The notes under the pieces are model-generated. The model ran no database searches, had not been told where the DNA came from, and saw only the letters and a program-made list of their open reading frames with translations. Below, piece by piece: positions 9,057-16,464 of a DNA stretch of 64,000 nucleotides. Positions within the stretch are counted from its first letter, which is position 1. Every line of letters starts with the position of its first letter. The stretch lies in assembly GCA_949155905.1 (NCBI GenBank), contig CASCWU010000004.1, positions 174 to 64,173 on the forward strand, in the 5' to 3' direction. The position numbers and the translations under genes are program-made. The stretch comes from an uncultured Lachnospiraceae bacterium. GTDB lineage: Bacteria; Bacillota; Clostridia; Lachnospirales; Lachnospiraceae.

Positions 9057-10535
9057 ATGAATTCATATTCTCCTCGTTCTTTTCCCATTATGCTGCTGCG
9101 AAATCATCCGGAAGCCTTATCCGCTGCCGCCACATGGTTTTCAGAAAAATGGGGTATCCCGACAGAGGCCTACCAGGAAAGCATGGAAGAATGCCTGGCA
9201 AACCCGAGTTCTGCCGTTCCGCAATGGTATTTTCTTCAAAATGAACAACAGGATATCATCGCAGGCTGCGGCATCATCGAAAATGATTTCCACGACCGCA
9301 AGGATCTGGCTCCAAACCTATGCGCTCTCTATGTAGAAGGGAAATACCGCAGACAAGGCATCGCCGGACGTCTCTTAGCCTTTGTATGCCGGGATATGGC
9401 GCGGCTTGGACTTTCTGCTCTTTACCTGGTGACGGATCACACCAGCTTTTATGAACGGTATGGCTGGACGTTTGCCGCTATGGTAACGGGCGATGATGGC
9501 TGTATGACCAGACTGTATAAACGGCAGCTTTCCGAATTCCTTCCGCCCGTCTCTAAGGTATTGGTCTTTGGCTCCTTAAACATAGATCATGTCTATCAGG
9601 TAGAGCATATTGCCGCACCCGGAGAGACGATTGCCTCCAAAAAGCTGCAGATCCTCTGCGGCGGAAAGGGATTAAACCAGGCAATCGCCTTTTCCAAGGC
9701 AGGAGCTAATACCTATCTTGCGGGCAAAATCGGCCCGGACGGCGGCATATTAAAGGAGGCTTGCCAACAATATGGCGTAAAAACGGACTTTCTTCTCTCC
9801 TCCGACCTGCCGAGCGGCCACGCGATCATCCAGGTAGACCAGGAGGGTCAAAACAGTATTTTACTGTTCGGCGGGGCAAATCAGGCACAAAGCAGGGCAG
9901 AAATTGACCGGATATTACAAAACTTTGACGCCGGGGACCGGCTCGTGCTGCAAAATGAGATCAACGAGCTTCCTTATATCATCGAGTCGGCTGCCGCCAA
10001 AGGAATGGAGTTAATTTTAAATCCGTCCCCCTACCATCCTGATCTGCAAAACTGCGGTCTTGGGAAGCTGTCCTGGCTGATTTTAAATGAAGTCGAAGCC
10101 TTTCAAATGACCGGAGAAACGGAACTTACTGCTATCCTGGCAAGATTAAAGCAATATTGTCCCAATGCAGGCATTGTCCTGACGTTAGGAGAAGAGGGAG
10201 CCGTCTGCTACCAGAATGGCAAGCTCTATAAACAAGCCTGCTTCCCGGCAGACGTTCTGGACACAACGGCTGCCGGAGATACGTTTACCGGCTACTTTTT
10301 TACAGAATTATTGCTTTCTAAAAAAGAATTTCCTAAGGAAATACCTCTTACAGAAGAGCTTTCTTGTGAAGAACTTCCATTGGAAGTGGATTCATTGGAA
10401 GTGAATTCAATGGAAGTGGATAAAGCTGCAATAGAAGCGGCACTTTATACCGCGTCAAAAGCCGCCTCCATCACTGTTTCCAGAAATGGGGCGGCAGACT
10501 CGATCCCTACCAGGCAGGAGCTTTTTACCGGATAA
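9057..10535 (+). CDS. rbsK: GNAT acetyltransferase - ribokinase (PfkB) fusion protein
   Basis: AAAGGA SD lies 8-9 nt before the ATG at 9057; the ORF-track start at 9048 abuts the SD. The N-terminal ~165 aa are GNAT (YVEGKYRRQGIAGRLL). The remainder is ribokinase: VFGSLNIDHVY..APGETI, GGKGLNQA, and AAGDTFTG in the anion-hole region. Confidence 0.75.
   Translation: MNSYSPRSFPIMLLRNHPEALSAAATWFSEKWGIPTEAYQESMEECLANPSSAVPQWYFLQNEQQDIIAGCGIIENDFHDRKDLAPNLCALYVEGKYRRQGIAGRLLAFVCRDMARLGLSALYLVTDHTSFYERYGWTFAAMVTGDDGCMTRLYKRQLSEFLPPVSKVLVFGSLNIDHVYQVEHIAAPGETIASKKLQILCGGKGLNQAIAFSKAGANTYLAGKIGPDGGILKEACQQYGVKTDFLLSSDLPSGHAIIQVDQEGQNSILLFGGANQAQSRAEIDRILQNFDAGDRLVLQNEINELPYIIESAAAKGMELILNPSPYHPDLQNCGLGKLSWLILNEVEAFQMTGETELTAILARLKQYCPNAGIVLTLGEEGAVCYQNGKLYKQACFPADVLDTTAAGDTFTGYFFTELLLSKKEFPKEIPLTEELSCEELPLEVDSLEVNSMEVDKAAIEAALYTASKAASITVSRNGAADSIPTRQELFTG
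10378..10422 (+). repeat. 3 x 15-bp in-frame tandem repeat inside the ribokinase C-terminal insertion
   Basis: cattggaagtggatt / cattggaagtgaatt / caatggaagtggata, encoding LEVDS LEVNS MEVDK. Confidence 0.85.
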
Positions 10536-10917
10536 CCTCCGGCTCCTTGGTAAAGGAATATTTGGTGCAGACGGCATCCTCAATCCGCAGTACTTCAAAG
10601 ATTCCGTCCCCTAGCTTATACAATCTGCTAGGGCCGGTCGGATCCTCTAGCATTGCCTTCCTTGCCTCGTCCCGGTCATCACGGACGGCTCTGCCTGTCA
10701 CCCGTATCCAGGTGCCGTCCTCTCCCATACCGCAGATCTCTATTTTGGCATTTTCTATCATCTGCTTGTAGCAATCCTTTGTATTGTTGGTGCAGATGTA
10801 GGGACTGCCATCGATCTCGGTTACACTGCCAAACGGACGCACCCGCGGCTGATCGCCGTCCATGGTGGCCACATAAAAGGTCTTGACTGCTTTTAATTCT
10901 TCTACGATTCGGTTCAT
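10525..10917 (-). CDS. Pyridoxamine 5'-phosphate oxidase-like (FMN-binding split-barrel) family protein
   Basis: 130 aa with a GGGAGG RBS. FYVATMDGDQPRVRPFG is typical of PNPOx-like proteins. The stop overlaps the convergent ribokinase-fusion gene by 11 bp. Confidence 0.6.
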   Translation of the reverse strand: MNRIVEELKAVKTFYVATMDGDQPRVRPFGSVTEIDGSPYICTNNTKDCYKQMIENAKIEICGMGEDGTWIRVTGRAVRDDRDEARKAMLEDPTGPSRLYKLGDGIFEVLRIEDAVCTKYSFTKEPEVIR

Positions 10918-11066
10918 CGTAACGATCCTCCCTTCGTGATTCTTTTTAAACTACCTGGAAAAGCTGTTTTATTGTAACTTTATTTATTACACCATAAGCA
11001 TATCACAACCTCCAAATGCTGTCAACACCTTAACAAATAGCTTCCTATTTTTCCTGTTCGTTTATT

Positions 11067-11531
11067 TTATTGGTTTATTTTATGGCTCGCATACCAATAG
11101 CTTCCAAGCTTTAAAACCGCTGCCGTGGCCAAAATCACCGCAGAAGTGTAAAAAGCTGCCATATTAAACAACGCTGTTGTCCAGGTGATCACCAGCAGAC
11201 AAAGCAGCAAAGCATCCATCACCCATCCGCCGCTTTTATCGTGCAGATATTGGTTCCGTTCATCCTGCTCCTCCCGCCGTTTCTCCTTTAAAAGCAGTCG
11301 GCTTTTCAACAATCTTTTATCATAAGTAATCCGACTGATAATAAAAATGATTCCGCCAAAATAGAGAATCCGGCTAAGACTCTGCGCAAGCTCGCTCATC
11401 CTTCGGGAGTCCCCGCCGCCCAGTTCTACTATCACTATCATATACACTGCCATTACTGCAAGCAGCGCATACATCAAACGGACGCGCCGCTGCACCCGCT
11501 CCGTATACGTCATACGCCTAGATTTCCTCAT
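11067..11531 (-). CDS. Membrane protein partnered with a small XRE regulator
   Basis: Several hydrophobic helices (LLAVMAVYMIVIVELGG, ILYFGGIIFIISRI, ALLLCLLVITWTTALFNMAAFYTSAVILATAAVL). The start is taken at MRKSRR, which overlaps the upstream HTH gene end. The longer ORF-track start is probably an artefact. Confidence 0.5.
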   Translation of the reverse strand: MRKSRRMTYTERVQRRVRLMYALLAVMAVYMIVIVELGGGDSRRMSELAQSLSRILYFGGIIFIISRITYDKRLLKSRLLLKEKRREEQDERNQYLHDKSGGWVMDALLLCLLVITWTTALFNMAAFYTSAVILATAAVLKLGSYWYASHKINQ

Positions 11532-11748
11532 CCTGTTCCTCCTCCCTTCGTCTGTTTTCCTCCAGACAGCACAGCTCCTCCACTGTCGTATCAAACACGA
11601 CCGCCAACCGGTAGGCCAGCATTAAGGACGGATTGTACTGCTCCTTTTCAATGGATATAATGGTTCTGGCTGATACATGAACCAGCTCCGCTAATTGCTG
11701 CTGTGTCAGCTCTGCCTCCATACGCAGCTCTCTTATTTTTGTTTTCAT
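11518..11748 (-). CDS. XRE-family HTH transcriptional regulator
   Basis: 76 aa. LTQQQLAELVHVSARTIISIEKEQYNPSLMLAYRLAVVFDTTVEELC is a canonical Cro/C1 HTH. Confidence 0.8.
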   Translation of the reverse strand: MKTKIRELRMEAELTQQQLAELVHVSARTIISIEKEQYNPSLMLAYRLAVVFDTTVEELCCLEENRRREEEQDEEI

Positions 11749-11989
11749 TCTGATTTCATCCTACTTTCCCATTTCCGCCAAGCACTAAAAAAAGCTTCAC
11801 CCGGCACGTTTTCCTCTCAAAACGTTTCCACATGAAGCTTTGTTTTTACAGGCGGCAAAAGCGAAAACAATTCCTGATACAAGTTTCTCGCTGCCGGACA
11901 TTTATATGAAGTATACTTCATGTGAAGTTTCCTTCATAATACCACATGACCCTTTCCTTGTCAAGACTGGTCTTTCTTTTTTCTATCCT

Positions 11990-13558
11990 TTACTGCCGGT
12001 AGTATCTTAAAAAGTCCGCCAGGCCGTCCACGGCATCCTTTAATACCTCAATCCGCGGCAAATAAACTACCCGGAAATGATCGGGCTGTTTCCAGTTGAA
12101 GCCTCCTCCATGGATAATCAAAATTTTCTTTTCCCGCAGCAAATCAAGTGCAAATTTTTCATCATTTATGATATGGAATTTTTTCGTATCCAGCTTAGGG
12201 AAAATATAAAAGGCCGCCTTTGGCTTCACTGCGCTCACTCCCGGAATATCATTTAACGCCTTATAAATAAAATCCCGCTGCTCATATACACGTCCGCCTG
12301 GTACGATATAATTATTGACGCTCTGATAGCCGCCAAGCGCCGTCTGCACAATCGACTGCGCCGGTACGTTAGAGCAAAGCCGCATATTGGAAAGCATATT
12401 CAATCCTTCCATATAATCTCTGGCTATTTTTTTATTGCCGCTTAATATCATCCAGCCAATCCGAAAGCCTGCTATCATATGAGATTTGGAAAGGCCACTA
12501 TAGGTGACACAAAACAAATCCGGCGCCAGAGAAGCAACCGAGATATGCTCCTCTTCATCCATCACCAGACGATCATAAATCTCATCCGAAAAAAGAATCA
12601 GCTGATGCTCCCTGGCAATCTCTACGATTTGTTCTAGCACCTCTTTCGGATAAACAGCTCCAGTTGGATTATTTGGATTGATGATGACAATCGCCTTTGT
12701 CCGGTCTGTCACCTTTTTTCGGATATCCTCCATATCTGGATACCACTCTGCCTGCTCGTCGCAGATATAATGCACGGCCTTCCCGCCCGCCAGCGTGACA
12801 CAAGCCGTCCAAAGCGGATAATCCGGAGCAGGCACCAGCACCTCATCCCCTGTATCTAACAAGGCCGACATGCTTAAATTGATCAGCTCGCTTACGCCGT
12901 TTCCGGTATAAATATCCTCTATCGACAAATTCGGAAGCTGTTTAATCTGGGCATACTGCATAATAGCCTTCCTGGCCGAAAAAAGCCCCTTTGCCGCAGA
13001 ATAGCCCTCGCATTCCGTCAACTGCCTCTGCATATCATAAATCACCTCGTCGGGGGTACGAAAGCCAAACGGAGCAGGATTGCCGATGTTCAGCTTTAAG
13101 ACGCTGACACCGCTTTCCTCCATCCTGGTTGCTTCCTCTACGACCGGCCCTCTGACATCATATAATACATGATCTAGCTTTGATGATTTCTTTATTTCCT
13201 TCATAGGAATCTCCTCCTTTTTTTCTGATGGTTTACTTTTCAGTTCCATATTTCCCGGCAGTTTATTTTCTGCTTCTATGTTTTTCGGTTCTATAGGTTC
13301 TGATTCTGTACGTTCCGGTTCCGGCCTGTCACTAGCTCTTTCTCCCGTACATAGCCATTCCTCGCTTACTCCCAGCGCAGATGCTAAAAACGCAGCAATC
13401 GCCTTTCTTGGCATCGCCACTCCATTTACATATTGGCTTAACTGGCCTTTTCCGAGCTTTACACCTGCCTCTTCGGCCATCCTCAGCAAATCTATCTGTT
13501 TCTTATGCTCCTTGCGCATGGCAACGTTTAATCGTTCTGCAAACCTAGTATGAGCCAT
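11990..13558 (-). CDS. alaA: Alanine/glutamate-pyruvate type PLP aminotransferase (AlaA-like) with an in-frame N-terminal XRE-HTH extension
   Basis: From MKEIKKSSKLDHVLYDVRGPV onward the protein is colinear with E. coli AlaA as I remember it (KLNIGNPAPFGF, INPNNPTGAVY, the PLP-lysine motif SGLSKSHMIAGFR, FNW..PDHFRVV). The ~125 aa upstream contain an XRE HTH (QIDLLRMAEEAGVKLGKGQLSQYVNGVAMP...LGVSEEWL) with no intervening stop. The outer start is uncertain (13558-13582). An internal ATG at 13204 has a perfect AGGAGG SD. Confidence 0.85.
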   Translation of the reverse strand: MAHTRFAERLNVAMRKEHKKQIDLLRMAEEAGVKLGKGQLSQYVNGVAMPRKAIAAFLASALGVSEEWLCTGERASDRPEPERTESEPIEPKNIEAENKLPGNMELKSKPSEKKEEIPMKEIKKSSKLDHVLYDVRGPVVEEATRMEESGVSVLKLNIGNPAPFGFRTPDEVIYDMQRQLTECEGYSAAKGLFSARKAIMQYAQIKQLPNLSIEDIYTGNGVSELINLSMSALLDTGDEVLVPAPDYPLWTACVTLAGGKAVHYICDEQAEWYPDMEDIRKKVTDRTKAIVIINPNNPTGAVYPKEVLEQIVEIAREHQLILFSDEIYDRLVMDEEEHISVASLAPDLFCVTYSGLSKSHMIAGFRIGWMILSGNKKIARDYMEGLNMLSNMRLCSNVPAQSIVQTALGGYQSVNNYIVPGGRVYEQRDFIYKALNDIPGVSAVKPKAAFYIFPKLDTKKFHIINDEKFALDLLREKKILIIHGGGFNWKQPDHFRVVYLPRIEVLKDAVDGLADFLRYYRQ

Positions 13559-13611
13559 CTCCATCTCCTCTTTCTTTCCCATTCTAAACTTTTCTTATGA
13601 AAATTTCTTTT

Positions 13612-13722
13612 CATCTCAAAGTTTCTTTTAGTCTTAAAGTTTCCCTTAGCTTTAAACTTCACTATAGATTTAAAATTTATTTAGCCTTGAAGTTTATTTT
13701 GGTTTTAAAGTTCACTTTTACC
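13612..13722. repeat. Six tandem 17-18 bp repeats (core TTAAAGTTT/C) in the alaA-fusion / amidotransferase divergent promoter region
   Basis: Cores start at about 13616, 13634, 13651, 13669, 13686 and 13704: tcaaagtttc, ttaaagtttc, tttaaacttc, tttaaaattt, cttgaagttt, tttaaagttc. Weaker copies lie at about 13584, 13733, 13761 and 13772. Confidence 0.8.
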
Positions 13723-13896
13723 TCCTGTTTATTTTAAACTCCATATTAGCACAGTTTTAAAAAAAGTTCAAGTAAAAGTTTATTTTTATTAAATAGTCAA
13801 AAATCCGGCCTTATACAGCGAATCAACATTGACATTTTCCTCTTCTGCGCATACAATAGAATTAAGTAATCTGGAAAAGCAAAGGAGATTCTGCGT

Positions 13897-14598
13897 ATGC
13901 CTCACATTCTGATTTCCGGCTCTGATATCAGCCGGGCCAACTATGAAAATGCCCTGCAGGCCGTAGGGGCTTCCTATGATTCTTTTTATCTTCCAAAAGC
14001 AGCCGAAGATTTCGCCAGCCCCTCCTTTCTTCCTGCCTATGACGGCCTTTTGCTGGCAGGGGGAGGAGATGTGAACCCGGAGCTGTTCGGGCAACAAAAT
14101 ACTGCCTCTGGTACTCCTGATACAGAACGGGATCGCATCGAATTAGATCTTATCCATTCCTTTATGGATGCAGGTAAGCCGATTTTAGGCATTTGCCGCG
14201 GCTTTCAGATCGTCAACGTCGCATTAGGCGGCACACTGCACCAGGATGTAGGAGAAGCAGGCCATCTGATTCACACACCGGAGCGCGGAGAAACGCCCCC
14301 TGCCGATAAGGTTCATCTAACCCGGGCGGCGGAATTTTCCTTTTTAGGACAGCTCTATGGCTCTGTCTTTTCGGTCAACAGCGCACACCATCAATCGGTG
14401 GATCGGCTGGCTGAGCCGCTACTGGCCATTCAGTGGGCGATGGAGGACGGCTGTGTGGAAGGAGCGTTTCACCCAAGCTATCCCTATATCGGCGTACAAT
14501 GGCACCCAGAACGGATGTGCCTGGAAAAAGCACGTACCGATACCGTAGACGGACTAGCTGTTTTCCAATACTTTCTTTCTCTATTTTCCACACTTTAG
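13897..14598 (+). CDS. Class-I glutamine amidotransferase / peptidase C26 (gamma-glutamyl-GABA hydrolase-like)
   Basis: AAGGAG RBS. GICRGFQIVNVALGGTLHQD contains the nucleophile Cys, and GVQWHPE contains the His. Confidence 0.8.
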   Translation: MPHILISGSDISRANYENALQAVGASYDSFYLPKAAEDFASPSFLPAYDGLLLAGGGDVNPELFGQQNTASGTPDTERDRIELDLIHSFMDAGKPILGICRGFQIVNVALGGTLHQDVGEAGHLIHTPERGETPPADKVHLTRAAEFSFLGQLYGSVFSVNSAHHQSVDRLAEPLLAIQWAMEDGCVEGAFHPSYPYIGVQWHPERMCLEKARTDTVDGLAVFQYFLSLFSTL

Positions 14599-14700
14599 CC
14601 GGAACCAGGTTTTGAACAGCATAAACCGTTTTGATTAGCAAGCATGAGGACACCAAAGTTTAGAATACAAAAAGTTTAGAATACCTACAAGGAGAGCTAT

Positions 14701-15729
14701 ATGCCAAAAGTACCGAGAAACTATACACGCAAGGATTATTCTTCCTTATTAACCGAATTGCAAAGCACCTACTCTGCTTCACAGGCCAGAAAAACGATTG
14801 ATGACGACGCCAAAAAACGAGAACAGGAGCCTCTTACAGCCGCCCGCAGACTGCGTTCCAGCAAGATGGACAACCGTCGGCTCAAATATGCCTATTCCAA
14901 ACGTCAAATGGTGCTTCACGACAAGGCCTGTGATCTGGTGAGATATATCCCAGATATGGATTTTGATATGGTAGAAACGATTCCAAAGGGTATGACGATC
15001 TGCCAGAAATGCTACCGAATGGTTTTGATTCGCAACGCGATTGGCGATGATGCCAAAAAGATGAATGCCTATCTGCGTTTTTTTGATATGGTAGAAGCCT
15101 CTAATTCCGATTTATACACCCTTCTGGTAGAATACCGCGCTTCTATCCACTGGGAAAATTCCTATACACTTACTATTAAAGTAAACGACGACCGCTGGCA
15201 GCTCGTACATATGGAGCGTGGAGAGAACCTGCTTTATCATAATAATTACTATATTTTGGATGATTATTCCAGACATTTTCTAAACGATTACCATGAACAG
15301 CATGTAAATGGCACACAGGATTTTCATCATTATTCCTACATTATGTGCCACTATTCCTGGGAAGAGCATGTAGAAAGCATGAAGGAAAAGGCCAGAAAGC
15401 AAGAGGAAGAAGCGAGAAGAGCAGCGGAACCGATCCGCAACTGCATGAAGCTGAAAAAGCTTTCTTTGTTCTACGCCCACTATATTTTTGTAGACAAGGA
15501 AGAACATCTGGCAGATTCTCTCCTGCTCTCAAAAGGCGTGGAAGTGCGCTGGGGAAAGGAATTTGCAAAGCCAGGCGTAAGCTATCGCTTCCGCTTCTGC
15601 AAGGTTCGCAAACGTCAGGAAGCGTTGTTTTTAGAGGCTCTGCAAAAGCTGCAAGACGATATGCCTCTATCCCAATATCTGGAATATGCTCAGTTTTGCA
15701 AAACCTTTCCGACAACGATACCCGGATAG
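14701..15729 (+). CDS. Hypothetical protein (no domain recognised)
   Basis: 342-aa ORF with an AAGGAG RBS and coding-like composition. It contains HDKAC..(26 aa)..CQKC and a KE-rich helix. I cannot assign a family. Confidence 0.5.
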   Translation: MPKVPRNYTRKDYSSLLTELQSTYSASQARKTIDDDAKKREQEPLTAARRLRSSKMDNRRLKYAYSKRQMVLHDKACDLVRYIPDMDFDMVETIPKGMTICQKCYRMVLIRNAIGDDAKKMNAYLRFFDMVEASNSDLYTLLVEYRASIHWENSYTLTIKVNDDRWQLVHMERGENLLYHNNYYILDDYSRHFLNDYHEQHVNGTQDFHHYSYIMCHYSWEEHVESMKEKARKQEEEARRAAEPIRNCMKLKKLSLFYAHYIFVDKEEHLADSLLLSKGVEVRWGKEFAKPGVSYRFRFCKVRKRQEALFLEALQKLQDDMPLSQYLEYAQFCKTFPTTIPG

Positions 15730-15777
15730 CAAATACCTGCCTTGATGCTCCATGACAAAAGATTCCTATCTATCCTC

Positions 15778-16464
15778 TTAACAGATCATTCCATCCGGCT
15801 TCCCCGCTTTCTTTCTGGACAGCTCCGAAACTCCCGGAGACTTTATCTCCTCCGCCACGGCTCGCAGCGCTGCCTCCAGCCCTCTTGTGATCGCCGGAAG
15901 CTCCATAAACGGCGTGCTGGCTGCCTTTTCCAATACCTGTCCGGACGCATATGGCACATGGATAAAGCCACCAAACACTCCCGGATATCGCACTGCACAA
16001 AGATCCAGCAGTTCATACATCGTCGAATTGCAGACATAGGTTCCTGCCGTATAAGATATATGCGCAGGAACTCCGGCCTCCCGCATTGCCGCGACCATCG
16101 CCTTTACCGGGACAGTCGCAAAATAAGCGGCCGGAGCGTCCTTCCTAACTGGTTCATCCTGCGGCTGGTTGCCGTCGTTGTCAGGAGCCGACGCTTCCAT
16201 CAGGTTAATCGCTACCCGCTCTACGGTCATCGCCGCCCTTCCTCCGGCCTGTCCAATACAAAGCACGGCTGACGGCTGGTAACGCTCCATCAGCTCCTGC
16301 AGCACCTCGCCGCTTTTCTGGAATACCACCGGAATTTCTTCCTTTTGGATTTTCATTCCCGCTATCGTATCCGGCAGGCACTTTACCGCCTCATACGCTG
16401 GATTGATCGCTTCCCCGCCAAACGGCGCAAAGCCTGTAATTAAAATCGTATCAGTCAAGCTCAT
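15778..16464 (-). CDS. pcp: Pyroglutamyl-peptidase I
   Basis: ILITGFAPFGGEAINPAYEAV N-terminus. Catalytic Cys in AGTYVCN and His in GGFIHVPY. Confidence 0.85.
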   Translation of the reverse strand: MSLTDTILITGFAPFGGEAINPAYEAVKCLPDTIAGMKIQKEEIPVVFQKSGEVLQELMERYQPSAVLCIGQAGGRAAMTVERVAINLMEASAPDNDGNQPQDEPVRKDAPAAYFATVPVKAMVAAMREAGVPAHISYTAGTYVCNSTMYELLDLCAVRYPGVFGGFIHVPYASGQVLEKAASTPFMELPAITRGLEAALRAVAEEIKSPGVSELSRKKAGKPDGMIC

